Below are positions 28,028-38,383 of a DNA stretch of 64,000 nt, one piece after another (the first letter of the stretch is position 1; the number at the start of each line of letters is the position of its first letter). The position numbers and the translations under genes were made by a program. The notes under the pieces are model-generated. The model was not told the origin of the DNA, did no database searches, and saw only the letters and a program-made list of their open reading frames with translations. The stretch comes from an uncultured Clostridium sp. GTDB taxonomy: Bacteria > Bacillota > Clostridia > TANB77 > CAG-508. The stretch spans positions 1,412 to 65,411 of the forward strand of contig CAMUDX010000003.1 of assembly GCA_947087745.1 (NCBI GenBank). Reading direction: 5' to 3'.

Positions 28028-29007
28028 TGTCTGAAGAAGTTAAAAAACCATATAATTTAAAAGAAGTTGTGGCAAATAAACCTTCAAGATTTACAGAAGG
28101 TCATAGAATGTGTGCTGGATGTGGTGCCCCAGTTGTTGGTAGAATGGTTTTGCGTGCTTTACATGAAGATGACCATGCTGTTATTACAAATGCTACTGGA
28201 TGTATGGAAGTTTCTACTTTTATATACCCTTACACAGCTTGGACTGATTCTTTTATTCACACAGCATTTGAGTGTGCTGGCGCTACTTGCGCTGGTGTTG
28301 AAGCAGCATATAAATCTATGAAAAGACAGGGAAAATTACCCGCTGATAAAACTACTAAATTTATTAGCTTTGGTGGAGATGGTGGTACTTATGATATAGG
28401 TATTCAAAGTCTTTCAGGTGCTATGGAAAGAGGCCATGATATGACTTATGTGTGCTATGATAATGGTGCATATATGAATACTGGTATACAACGTTCTTCT
28501 GCTACTCCCAAATTTGCTGATACAACGACTACACCTGCTGGTAAAGTTGTGCCAGGTAAAATGCAAACAAGAAAAGATTTAACATCTATTATGGTTGGTC
28601 ATCATCTTCCTTATATTGCTCAAACTTTGGCGATGGGAAATCTTAAAGATTTATATGAGAAATCTGAAAAAGCTATATATACAGAAGGAGCAACATTTTT
28701 AAATATTTTATCTCCTTGTCCTCGTGGTTGGGGTTACCCTACTGATCAACTTATGACTATCAACAAATTAGCTGCTGATACTTGTTATTGGCCTTTATAT
28801 GAGGTTGTAGATGGAGTTTATCATATTACTTATAAACCTGCAAAAAAACTTCCTATTGAAGAATTCTTACGTCCTCAAAAACGTTTCAAGCATATGTTTA
28901 CTCCTGGTAATGAATGGATGATTGAGGAATTCCAAGCTGAAGTTGATAAGAGATGGAATGAACTTATTGATCTTGAGGAAATGACAAATAAGAAAATTGA
29001 ATGTTAA
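28027..29007 (+). CDS. 2-oxoacid:ferredoxin oxidoreductase, beta (TPP-binding) subunit
   Basis: CAGCG cysteine motif and the TPP-binding motif GGDGGTYDIG..YDNGAYMNTG. Confidence 0.9.
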   Translation: MSEEVKKPYNLKEVVANKPSRFTEGHRMCAGCGAPVVGRMVLRALHEDDHAVITNATGCMEVSTFIYPYTAWTDSFIHTAFECAGATCAGVEAAYKSMKRQGKLPADKTTKFISFGGDGGTYDIGIQSLSGAMERGHDMTYVCYDNGAYMNTGIQRSSATPKFADTTTTPAGKVVPGKMQTRKDLTSIMVGHHLPYIAQTLAMGNLKDLYEKSEKAIYTEGATFLNILSPCPRGWGYPTDQLMTINKLAADTCYWPLYEVVDGVYHITYKPAKKLPIEEFLRPQKRFKHMFTPGNEWMIEEFQAEVDKRWNELIDLEEMTNKKIEC

Positions 29008-29063
29008 TGAAGGCAAAAACTTTGAGTTTTTTCATATAACAATAAATAATAATTTTAAAAAAA

Positions 29064-29113
29064 TAGCTTTTTTATCAGAGAGCGGGAATTCCCGCCATCT
29101 AGTAAAATAGCTA
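29064..29113. repeat. GC-rich palindromic repeat copy C (diverged arms)
   Basis: TAGCTTTTTTATCAGAGAGCGGGAATTCCCGCCATCTAGTAAAATAGCTA lies between convergent genes. Confidence 0.75.
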
Positions 29114-29160
29114 TTTTTTATATTTATATATATTGCTTATAAATATTTTTCTTTATATTT

Positions 29161-29949
29161 TTACTTTCTCCTAATCATAAAATGCTGTGTAAACTTAAAG
29201 CTTCCCTTTTTTAAATACAAATACCCACATATACAAAATACTACTGCACCAATAAAATTGACAAACATATCTTTCATTGTATCATATAATCCTATGTCTA
29301 AAAATCCACCATTAATTACTGCTAGTTCTTTCCCCTGTTTATCAAGCAAAACTGTTTTATCTATATCTTTTACCACTATAGATTTATTTGAATTTGTTTC
29401 ATCTAATGTAACAGTAGAAATCGTAGACACTATTTTATCTTTTTGCATATCTGTTAACATTATATTATCTGCTCCCCATTCTATAAATTCCCATAAAACT
29501 CCTATTGTCATTGAAAAACAAAATGCTACTATTGCTACATAAAATGGTGATAAACTAATTTTTTCGCTATTTTCGTTTAACAAATTGACCAGCGAGAATC
29601 CTACTCCTGCACATAAGAAACCATTTAATGTATGTAATAGTGTATCCCATATTGGTATTTTAATATAAAAACTATTAATCTCACCTAAAATCTCAGATGA
29701 GAATATAAATAACAATATTACTATTTCAAAAAAATTAGGAATTTCTATTTTAAAATTTTTCGATATAAAAAATGGCATCATTAATAATACTAAAGTTAAT
29801 CCACATAAAAATGCATTATTCAAGTCTCCATGTATTAATTGAGTTATTAAACAAAGTAATACTAAAATTCTTATTACTATATATACTAGCAAACTGGTTC
29901 TTTTGGTTTCTTTATATACATCTATTATTCTTTTCCTTTTTTTCTTCAT
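29161..29949 (-). CDS. hypothetical polytopic membrane protein
   Basis: 262 aa with multiple TM segments. Family not recognised. Confidence 0.5.
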   Translation of the reverse strand: MKKKRKRIIDVYKETKRTSLLVYIVIRILVLLCLITQLIHGDLNNAFLCGLTLVLLMMPFFISKNFKIEIPNFFEIVILLFIFSSEILGEINSFYIKIPIWDTLLHTLNGFLCAGVGFSLVNLLNENSEKISLSPFYVAIVAFCFSMTIGVLWEFIEWGADNIMLTDMQKDKIVSTISTVTLDETNSNKSIVVKDIDKTVLLDKQGKELAVINGGFLDIGLYDTMKDMFVNFIGAVVFCICGYLYLKKGSFKFTQHFMIRRK

Positions 29950-30040
29950 TGCTTCCTCCGTTTTTTGTTTCTTTATAAATTAATAAAATGGAACTATATC
30001 TACTATGTTCCATTTTATTTTACTAGTTATACATAGAACT

Positions 30041-31381
30041 TTATTTGAATAAAGTTTTCATTGCTGAGTCTATTTCTGATTGATCTCCTAAATCAGCATA
30101 ACAATCTATAAATAAATATACATCTCCTGCATCTGCTACATATAAATTACCTATATACCTAGTTTCTTCTCCATATGTATATGTATAATATTTAAATTCT
30201 GTTTTTCCTATTTTCTTTGTTAAAACTTCTGTTACATCATCATAATTGGCATCTGCATATGTTTTGTCTTTTGCAGCTACCTTGTCTAGTGTATCATAAC
30301 TTGGGTCAATTTCTTTTTTAGATATAGTAGAAGCATATACTTCAACTTTATTATCTTTGTCTAATACTGCAAAACAATAATAGTCTGCATAATCAGATCC
30401 GAATTTCTTTGTAATTTTTTCTTTAGTATCATATATGTATAAGTCAGATGGCGCATTTACTGATATTTCTGTATTTGGTATTGTAACTTTTTCTATACTT
30501 GCATTATATGCTATTACACCTATCATTATAACTACAAAAAATACTACAAATACTATAGCTAATGTTATTATTGAATTTTTTCTATTTGTTGCAGGATTAT
30601 TTTGCCTTGCCCCATTTACATTTGCTTCTTCATTTTCTACATCATAATAGTATTTTCCTTTAACTTTCTTTATAATTCCATTATTGTATAAAAGTTGGAA
30701 ATTTGCTTTTGCTTTTCTTTCTATTACATTATGTGTCATCACTAATTCATTTATTATTTCTTTCTTTTCTGCTGTATTCTCACTATTTAATGCTCCTAAT
30801 GAATCAAATGCTTTTTTTGTTTCTTCTGCTTGTTCTTTTACATATTTTTTGTAATCATCTGATAGTGGTTGTTCACTAAATTTTATATCTTTTGAACCTG
30901 CTTTTATTTGCATTCTCATTGACTTTATTGTTCCTGCTATACCTATTATTGTAAATGCTATTGATACAAGTGCATCTTGCATTATTGCTGATGCCATCTT
31001 TTCATCTTCATATACTCGTTGTATTGTCTCAAATGATGGTTCTACTCCAAGATCTGCTAAAATTACTAAAGGACATATTATTGTTGTTAGTAATACTATT
31101 ATCCCAACTGATACTATTGCTATTATTGCTGGTAATCCTTTTCCCATTTTTCCTTTTGCTATTTTATATCCATAAAATGCTCCCAACGCTATAAGTACAG
31201 CTAAAATTGCTACTATCATATTTCCATATACATATACTAATACCCATGGTAATGATGCTATAGCTCCTCCTATTATTGCCCCTATTGTTCCTGTAATATA
31301 ACTTCCTTGTGGATTATTACTTATTGCTTCTCCACTTGCTATTTTTTCAGTCTTTACTTCTTGGCTGTTGTTTTCTTCCAT
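30041..31381 (-). CDS. membrane protein, long paralog (4-TM N-domain plus extra TM and extracytoplasmic C-domain)
   Basis: 446 aa. The N-terminal ~170 aa are nearly identical to the upstream neighbour. A GGAGG RBS is present. Confidence 0.6.
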   Translation of the reverse strand: MEENNSQEVKTEKIASGEAISNNPQGSYITGTIGAIIGGAIASLPWVLVYVYGNMIVAILAVLIALGAFYGYKIAKGKMGKGLPAIIAIVSVGIIVLLTTIICPLVILADLGVEPSFETIQRVYEDEKMASAIMQDALVSIAFTIIGIAGTIKSMRMQIKAGSKDIKFSEQPLSDDYKKYVKEQAEETKKAFDSLGALNSENTAEKKEIINELVMTHNVIERKAKANFQLLYNNGIIKKVKGKYYYDVENEEANVNGARQNNPATNRKNSIITLAIVFVVFFVVIMIGVIAYNASIEKVTIPNTEISVNAPSDLYIYDTKEKITKKFGSDYADYYCFAVLDKDNKVEVYASTISKKEIDPSYDTLDKVAAKDKTYADANYDDVTEVLTKKIGKTEFKYYTYTYGEETRYIGNLYVADAGDVYLFIDCYADLGDQSEIDSAMKTLFK

Positions 31382-31396
31382 CTTTTAACCTCCAAT

Positions 31397-31942
31397 TTAA
31401 TCTTTATTTTCTACGTCTGATGTTTGTGGTTGTTCACTAAATTTTATATCTTTTGAACCTGCTTTTATTTGCTTATTTATTGATTTTATTGTTCCTGCTA
31501 TACCTAATATTGTAAATGCTATTGATACAAGTGCATCTTGCATTATTGCTGATACCATTCTTTCATCATCATATACCTTTTGTATTGTTTCAAATGATGG
31601 ATCTACTCCAAGGTCTGCTAAAATTATTAAAGGACATATTATTGTTGTTAATAATACTATTATCGCAACTGATACTATTGCTATTATTGCTGGTAATCCT
31701 TTCCCCATTTTTCCTTTTGCTATTTTATATCCAAAAAATGCTCCAAATGCTATAAGTATAGCTAAAATTGCTACTATCATATTTCCATATACATATACTA
31801 ATACCCATGGTAATGATGCTATAGCTCCTCCTATTATTGCCCCTATTGTTCCAGTAACATAACTTCCTTGTGGATTATTGTTCATTGCTTCTCCACTTAC
31901 TACTTCTTGAGTTCCTACTCCTTGACTGTTATTTTCTTCCAT
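31397..31942 (-). CDS. membrane protein, short paralog of 30041-31381
   Basis: The start was chosen at MEENNSQGVG, preceded by an AGGAGG RBS. The sequence parallels the neighbour residue for residue. Confidence 0.6.
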   Translation of the reverse strand: MEENNSQGVGTQEVVSGEAMNNNPQGSYVTGTIGAIIGGAIASLPWVLVYVYGNMIVAILAILIAFGAFFGYKIAKGKMGKGLPAIIAIVSVAIIVLLTTIICPLIILADLGVDPSFETIQKVYDDERMVSAIMQDALVSIAFTILGIAGTIKSINKQIKAGSKDIKFSEQPQTSDVENKD

Positions 31943-32120
31943 TTTTTTACCTCCTATTTTATATTTATTTTTTATATCTAAGAAAGACAAAATCATAGTA
32001 TAATGTCTTTCTGTAGAAGACAATCTTTGCAGAAGTTAGAATTTGTATTAGTTTATACTGCTTACAAATTCTTAATTCTGGCTTTTTGTTCTTAAATATC
32101 TAGTACTATTTAATTTATAT

Positions 32121-33440
32121 TTATGCAGTTTTTGTATTGTTATCCATTTTTTTTCGTTTCTTGTTAATTGTTTTTTCCTTTTCTACAATTCTATTTTCAT
32201 TTATTACTACTTCTGGGTCTTTGTTCTCTATAACTGTTTCTCTATTTATAATACATTTTTCTACTTTTGGGTTTGATGGTATTTCAAACATTATATCTCT
32301 CATTATATCTTCTATTATTGAACGTAGTCCTCTTGCTCCTGTCTTTCTTTCAATAGCTTTGTCAACAATAGCATTTATTGCCTCTTCTTTGAATTCTAGT
32401 TCTACATTGTCTATTTCAAATAATTTTTTATATTGTTTTATTAATGAGTTTTTTGGTTCTTTTAATATTTTTGCTAATGCTTCTCTATCCAAGTCTTGTA
32501 AAGTTGCTATTATTGGAAGTCTTCCTATAAATTCTGGTATTAGACCAAATTTTAATAAATCTTGTGGTAATAATTCTTTGAAACTTTCATATTTGTTTAT
32601 TTCTTTTTCACTCTGAATCTTTGCTCCAAATCCTATTGATTTTTTTCCTGTCCTATCTTTTATTATTTTTTCTAGTCCTTCGAATGCTCCTCCACAGATA
32701 AATAATATATTTTCAGTATTTATTTGTAGTAATTCTTGATGCGGATGTTTTCTTCCTCCTTGTGGTGGTACAGATGATACTGTTCCTTCTATTATTTTTA
32801 ATAATGCTTGTTGTACCCCTTCTCCACTTACATCTCTTGTTATTGATGGATTTTCAGATTTTCTTGTTATTTTGTCTATTTCGTCTATATAAACTATTCC
32901 TCTTTCTGCCTTTTCTATATCTCCATCTGCTGCTTGTATTAGTTTTAGTAAAATGTTCTCTACATCTTCTCCTACATATCCTGCTTCTGTTAATGTTGTT
33001 GCATCCGCTATTGCAAATGGTACTTTTAGTATTCTTGCTAATGTACTTGCTAATAATGTCTTTCCACATCCTGTTGGTCCTAATAATAATACATTGCTTT
33101 TTTGGATTTCTACATCATCTTCCCTTATTTCTTTATTGCTTGCTATCCTTTTATAATGATTATATACTGCTACTGATAATGTCTTTTTAGCATCTTCTTG
33201 ACCTACAACATAATCATCTAATATCTTTTTTATTTCTTTTGGATTTGGTGTTTCTTCTATCCCATCTATTGTATAGCTTTCTTCTTCAAACCCTTCTGTT
33301 TCTATTATGTTGTTACATAATTCTATGCATTCATCACATATATATACTCCAGGTCCTGCAACTATCCTTTTTACTGTTTCTTGTGCTTTTCCACAAAATG
33401 AACACTTTACATTTTTTGGTATATCACTATTTCTTGCCAT
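32121..33440 (-). CDS. clpX: ATP-dependent Clp protease ATP-binding subunit ClpX
   Basis: N-terminal zinc finger CSFCGK..CDEC, Walker A GPTGCGKT. Confidence 0.95.
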   Translation of the reverse strand: MARNSDIPKNVKCSFCGKAQETVKRIVAGPGVYICDECIELCNNIIETEGFEEESYTIDGIEETPNPKEIKKILDDYVVGQEDAKKTLSVAVYNHYKRIASNKEIREDDVEIQKSNVLLLGPTGCGKTLLASTLARILKVPFAIADATTLTEAGYVGEDVENILLKLIQAADGDIEKAERGIVYIDEIDKITRKSENPSITRDVSGEGVQQALLKIIEGTVSSVPPQGGRKHPHQELLQINTENILFICGGAFEGLEKIIKDRTGKKSIGFGAKIQSEKEINKYESFKELLPQDLLKFGLIPEFIGRLPIIATLQDLDREALAKILKEPKNSLIKQYKKLFEIDNVELEFKEEAINAIVDKAIERKTGARGLRSIIEDIMRDIMFEIPSNPKVEKCIINRETVIENKDPEVVINENRIVEKEKTINKKRKKMDNNTKTA

Positions 33441-33441
33441 T

Positions 33442-34044
33442 TTAACTCCTTTTATCCATTATTCCATCTATTAAGCCATATTTTAATGCTTCTTCTGCTG
33501 TCATATAGTTGTCTCTTTCTGTATCTCTTTCGATTGTCTCTAAACTTTGACCTGTTCTATCACTTAATAGTTTGTTTAACTTTTCTCTTGTTTTTACCAT
33601 GTGGTCTGCATGTATTTTTATCTCTGTTGTTTGTCCTGATAGACCTCCACCTCCTATTAGTGGTTGGTGTATTAAAATTTCAGCATTTGGTGTTGCAAAT
33701 CTTTTTCCCTTTTCTCCTGATGCTAATAGTACTGCTCCCATACTTGCTGCCATTCCTATACATATTGTTGATACTGGACATTTTATATAATTCATTGTGT
33801 CTACTATTCCCATTCCATCTGTTATTGATCCTCCTGGTGAATTTATATATAAATTAATTTCTTTGTCTGGATCTTCTGATTCTAAAAATAGTAATTGTGC
33901 TATTACTAAACTTGCACTCGCTGGATTTACATCCTCTCCTAAAAATATTATTCTGTCTTTTAATAGTCTTGAGAATATATCATATGATCTTTCTCCTTTA
34001 CTTGTTTGTTCAACAACATATGGTACTAGACTGTTTTGTATCAT
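33442..34044 (-). CDS. clpP: ATP-dependent Clp protease proteolytic subunit ClpP
   Basis: GMAASMGA catalytic Ser region and IHQP His region. Confidence 0.95.
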   Translation of the reverse strand: MIQNSLVPYVVEQTSKGERSYDIFSRLLKDRIIFLGEDVNPASASLVIAQLLFLESEDPDKEINLYINSPGGSITDGMGIVDTMNYIKCPVSTICIGMAASMGAVLLASGEKGKRFATPNAEILIHQPLIGGGGLSGQTTEIKIHADHMVKTREKLNKLLSDRTGQSLETIERDTERDNYMTAEEALKYGLIDGIMDKRS

Positions 34045-34114
34045 AACATCATTCCTTTCTCTTTTTCGTACTGGCTTTTATGCCTTTTATGTATATTTTC
34101 TTAATTGTTTACTT

Positions 34115-35410
34115 TTATTTTTTACTTGTTTTTTCTTTTGCATTTTTTACAATTAATTCTATTGCTTTTTCGTTTTCTATTCCTTCTTTTAAGTATTTTC
34201 TTATATTTTCATTGTCTTTTAGTTCTTCTTCTTTTTTGCCATAGTTTGTAGCCATTTCTTTTATTTTATTGTCTATTTCTTCATCAGTTGCTTCTATTTT
34301 TTCTTCTTTTATTATTGCTTCTAATGCTAATCTTGATTTTATTGCTTCTATTGCTTGTGGCTCATATTCTTTTTTCATTTCTTCAGCGGTTTTTCCCATC
34401 ATTTGAAGATATTGTTCTAATTTCATTCCTTGGTATGATAATCTTTGTTCTATGTCTTTTAACATGTTTTCTGCTTCTAATTCTATCATTCCCCCTGGAA
34501 TATCTATTTTCATTTCTTCAGTTATTGCTTTTATTGCTAATTCTTGTTTTTCATATTTTTCTTTTTCTTCATTTCTTTTTTCTATTTTTTCTTTTATACT
34601 ATTTTTTAGTTCTTCTAATGTGTCATATTCACTTACATCTTTTGCAAATTCATCATCTAGTTCTGGTAATTCTTTTTTCTTTATTTCATGTAATTTTACT
34701 TTGAATGTTGCATCTTTCCCTGCTAATTCTTTTGAAAAATATTCTTCTGGGAATTTTACTTTTATATCTTTTTCTTCTTCTACTTTCATTCCTATTATTT
34801 GGTCTTCAAATCCTGGTATGAATGTTCCACTTCCTATTTCTAGTTCATGTCCTTCTGCTTTTCCACCTTCAAATGCCACTCCATCTACAAATCCTTCGAA
34901 GTCTATTACTGTTATGTTTCCTTTTTCTACTGTTCCTTCTTCTACAGATACTAATCTTGAATTCTTTTCTTGCATTTGTTTTATTTCTTTTTCTATATCT
35001 TCATCTGATACAGTATACTCAATCTTTGGTATCTCTATACCTTTATATTTTCCTAGTTTTACTTCTGGTTTTGTTCCTACTACTGCTGTAAATATTAATT
35101 CTTTTCCTTTTTCTATTTGTGTTACTTCTATATTTGGTCTGCTTACTGCTTCTACATTATTTTCTTTTAATGCTTCTTCATATGCTTCTCCTGCTATTTC
35201 GTTGAAGGCATCTTCATAAAATATCTCTTTTCCATAGTATTTTTCTACTATGTTCATTGGTGCCTTTCCTTTTCTAAATCCTGGTATATTTATATATTTT
35301 GCACTTTTAAAATATACTTTTTTTATTGCTTCCTCAAATTTTTCTGCTTCGATTGTGATTTCTAATTTTACTTCATTTGCATTTTCTGTCTTTTCTACTT
35401 TACTTTTCAT
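34115..35410 (-). CDS. tig: trigger factor
   Basis: GFRKGKAP ribosome-binding motif and a central FKBP-like domain, upstream of clpP-clpX. Confidence 0.95.
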   Translation of the reverse strand: MKSKVEKTENANEVKLEITIEAEKFEEAIKKVYFKSAKYINIPGFRKGKAPMNIVEKYYGKEIFYEDAFNEIAGEAYEEALKENNVEAVSRPNIEVTQIEKGKELIFTAVVGTKPEVKLGKYKGIEIPKIEYTVSDEDIEKEIKQMQEKNSRLVSVEEGTVEKGNITVIDFEGFVDGVAFEGGKAEGHELEIGSGTFIPGFEDQIIGMKVEEEKDIKVKFPEEYFSKELAGKDATFKVKLHEIKKKELPELDDEFAKDVSEYDTLEELKNSIKEKIEKRNEEKEKYEKQELAIKAITEEMKIDIPGGMIELEAENMLKDIEQRLSYQGMKLEQYLQMMGKTAEEMKKEYEPQAIEAIKSRLALEAIIKEEKIEATDEEIDNKIKEMATNYGKKEEELKDNENIRKYLKEGIENEKAIELIVKNAKEKTSKK

Positions 35411-35576
35411 TATTATCTTCCTTTCATGTTTTTAATTTCTAGGCTTTTAGCGGTTACATTATATCAACATTTTTCTTATATTGCAAGATTTTTTATAAAA
35501 TACTTGTATTTTTTTTATATTTGTGTTAAACTAGTTATTAGTCAAATTATTTTAACTTTTAGGAGGTGCATTTTTA

Positions 35577-35774
35577 ATGGCAAAATGTGATATATGTGGA
35601 AAAGAACCTATTCATGGTAACAGCACAAGTGTTACTCGTTCTCATATAAGTAAAAGAAATTCTCGCGTTTGGCAACCAAATGTTAAGAGAGTTAAAGCTT
35701 TAGTTAATGGAGATACTAAAACTCTTCATGTATGTGCTAAATGTTTAAAAAATGGAAAAGTTACAAGAGCATAG
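35577..35774 (+). CDS. rpmB: 50S ribosomal protein L28
   Basis: MAKCDICGK..H.....R.WQPNV..V....NG....L.VC..CLK.GKV..A pattern, preceded by an AGGAGG RBS. Confidence 0.85.
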   Translation: MAKCDICGKEPIHGNSTSVTRSHISKRNSRVWQPNVKRVKALVNGDTKTLHVCAKCLKNGKVTRA

Positions 35775-35786
35775 TCTTTTTTTATT

Positions 35787-35814
35787 CCCTCTTACATATA
35801 TTTGTGTAAGAGGG
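35787..35814 (+). terminator. rpmB intrinsic terminator
   Basis: CCCTCTTACA-loop-TGTAAGAGGG followed by a T-rich tract. Confidence 0.6.
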
Positions 35815-35822
35815 CTTTTACT

Positions 35823-36869
35823 ATGTTTAGATTTTGTATTATTAAGTTAAAAAATTACATATTTCCTTTTATTTTTTTAATGTTTACTGTTTTTCTTATT
35901 TTCTTTTCTAATAGTAATATTTCTGCTGCTAAAACAGGTCTTGATTTATTTGCTAATTCTGTTATTCCATCACTTTTTCCTTTTTTTGTGGCTACTGAAC
36001 TTTTATCTCATACTAATATTATTAATTTTCTCGGCTCTTACCTTAATAGATTTATGAAACCTTTATTTAATATTCGTGGTGAAGGTTCTTTTGCATTGAT
36101 TATGGGAATTATTAGTGGTTACCCTGTTGGTGCTAAAATCGCTTGTAACTTTAGAAAAAATAATGTTTGCTCTAAAGAAGAATGTGAACGTTTGCTTAGT
36201 TTTACTAATAACTCTGGCCCTCTCTTTATTGTTGGGACAGTTGGTATTACTATGTTTAAAAGTTCTACTATAGGTATTCTTCTTTTGATTACTCATATTC
36301 TTGCAGCTCTAACTGTTGGTATTATATTTAGATTCTGGAAATGTAATTTTTTTAATAGAAAAAAATTGAATAGAGGCTTTGATAATACTTCTGCTTATTC
36401 TTCTAATCCTAATGTAAGTTTGTCTAATTTAGGTGGTATACTCGGGGAAAGTATTACAAATTCAATCTCTACGCTTTTGACTATCGGTGGCTTTGTAGTT
36501 TTATTTTCCGTTATTATTTCTATATTGCAAAATAGCCACTTTTTGAATTTATTTGCTTTTGTGTTTAAAGCTTTTAATATTCCTTTTGATGTTGGATCTT
36601 CCACTTTATTGGGTATGATTGAAATTACTAATGGTATTTCTAGTATTTCTGCAATAGCTTTGAAAAAAATATCTATTAATATTATTATTATTGCTTTTTT
36701 ACTTGGTTTTGGTGGCATTTCTGTTATGCTTCAAGTTTGGAGCATTGTTTCTAAAACTGATTTGTCTATTAAGCCTTATGTGTTAGGTAAAATCCTTCAT
36801 GGCTTGTTTGCTGCTACATATGCTTTTATCTTTATGCATATTTTTCCTTTCTTTTATTTTGATTTATAA
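35823..36869 (+). CDS. ylbJ: sporulation integral membrane protein YlbJ
   Basis: Nucleoside-recognition-type polytopic membrane protein with the YlbJ-like N-terminus ..AAKTGLDLFANSVIPSLFPFFV. The ATG lies after the rpmB terminator. Confidence 0.7.
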   Translation: MFRFCIIKLKNYIFPFIFLMFTVFLIFFSNSNISAAKTGLDLFANSVIPSLFPFFVATELLSHTNIINFLGSYLNRFMKPLFNIRGEGSFALIMGIISGYPVGAKIACNFRKNNVCSKEECERLLSFTNNSGPLFIVGTVGITMFKSSTIGILLLITHILAALTVGIIFRFWKCNFFNRKKLNRGFDNTSAYSSNPNVSLSNLGGILGESITNSISTLLTIGGFVVLFSVIISILQNSHFLNLFAFVFKAFNIPFDVGSSTLLGMIEITNGISSISAIALKKISINIIIIAFLLGFGGISVMLQVWSIVSKTDLSIKPYVLGKILHGLFAATYAFIFMHIFPFFYFDL

Positions 36870-36976
36870 CTTGAATAATTAGTTTTGCTACATTTTATAT
36901 GTTATCTATTTAGGTCTTTCAGCACAATGTAAACCTAATAATATTAAACAAAGTATATATGTTTTTTTATTTATAG

Positions 36977-37020
36977 TTAATTTTGCAGTGAGCGGGAATT
37001 CCCGCTCACTGCAAAATTAG
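36977..37020. repeat. GC-rich palindromic repeat copy D
   Basis: TTAATTTTGCAGTGAGCGGGAATTCCCGCTCACTGCAAAATTAG is nearly identical to copy A and lies between the convergent ylbJ and U32 peptidase genes. Confidence 0.85.
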
Positions 37021-37059
37021 GTAAAATTATTTTAATATATAACTCTATCTATTAAGTTA

Positions 37060-38334
37060 TTATTTTTTTCTTCTTAATATCCAATCTTTTTGGCATTCAA
37101 TTGGTAATTCTATTTTTACTTGTTGTCCTTGTTTTCCTGGATTTACAACATCTATTTCTTCATTTGTTTCTGCATCATATAATTTATTAATAATAAATTC
37201 TACTGGCTCTATCTTATTTGGTACTATAATTTCCATTATATCTCCTATTTTTAGCCTATTTCTTATTTCTATTGTATATATATGTTGTTTTGAAAGGGTC
37301 TGACTATCAAATATATTATTCTTTTCATTTTGATTATTTTCTAGTATAATTCCTCCGAATTCATATTCTTCATTATATTGTTTTCCTGAATATTCTTGAA
37401 TGTCCTTGTTGTCTCTATCATTAAAATAAAAAGTTGTTATTCCTCTAGTTTTTACCTTGTCTAATTCTTTTAAATACTTTGTATAATCATAATTTTGGGG
37501 ATCTTTTTGATAATCATCAATCGCATTTCTATATGCATTTATTATACTTGCTATATAATATTGGGTTTTTAATCTACCTTCTATTTTTAAACTATCTATC
37601 CCCATTTCTATTATCTCTGGAAGTTCTTTTATTAAGCATAAGTCTTTAGAAGAAAATATACTTGTTCCATACTCATCTGTTTCGATTGGCATAAGTTGTC
37701 CTGGATTATTTCTTTCTTCAGCATATAAATTGTATGACCATCTACAACTTTGGGCACAGCTTCCTAAATTAGCACTTCTTCCTGTTAAGAAATCACTTAA
37801 AAAACATCTTCCTGAATATGCAAAACATATTGCTCCATGTACAAATATTTCTGTTTCCATATCATCAGGTTTATTCTTCATTATGTATTTTAATTGTTCT
37901 TTGCTCATTTCTCTTGCCATAATCATTCTTTTTGCACCATTTTTATACCAAAAATTACTTGAATGTAAACTTACTATATTTGATTGTGTACTCATATGTA
38001 TTGGAATATTAGGTGCATATTGTTTGGCAATTTCTAAAATTCCTCCATCTGCTACAATTATTCCATCTGCTTTAACTTTTTCTAGTAGTTTTACTTGTTC
38101 TATTATTTCATCATATTTTTCATCCCAAGCATATATATTTAAAGCTACATATACTTTTTTTTCTATTTGGTGTGCATATTCTATAATTTTTGCTAATTCT
38201 TCATCATCTATGCCTACTCTTGTTCTTAATGATAATGATGATGTACCACAATATACTGCATCTGCTCCATATAAAAATGCTGTTTTTGCCTTTTCAAATG
38301 ACCCAGCTGGTGCCAATAATTCTACTTTCTTCAT
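37060..38334 (-). CDS. peptidase U32 family protein (YrrO/TrhP-like, tRNA U34 hydroxylation family)
   Basis: 424 aa with N-terminus ELLAPAGS..A...GADAVY and the U32 signature region E.FVHGA.C...SG.C..S. Confidence 0.8.
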   Translation of the reverse strand: MKKVELLAPAGSFEKAKTAFLYGADAVYCGTSSLSLRTRVGIDDEELAKIIEYAHQIEKKVYVALNIYAWDEKYDEIIEQVKLLEKVKADGIIVADGGILEIAKQYAPNIPIHMSTQSNIVSLHSSNFWYKNGAKRMIMAREMSKEQLKYIMKNKPDDMETEIFVHGAICFAYSGRCFLSDFLTGRSANLGSCAQSCRWSYNLYAEERNNPGQLMPIETDEYGTSIFSSKDLCLIKELPEIIEMGIDSLKIEGRLKTQYYIASIINAYRNAIDDYQKDPQNYDYTKYLKELDKVKTRGITTFYFNDRDNKDIQEYSGKQYNEEYEFGGIILENNQNEKNNIFDSQTLSKQHIYTIEIRNRLKIGDIMEIIVPNKIEPVEFIINKLYDAETNEEIDVVNPGKQGQQVKIELPIECQKDWILRRKK

Positions 38335-38383
38335 TTTTTTATTCCTTTCAAAATCATATTTTTGTTGAGTTTTATACTTCTTA

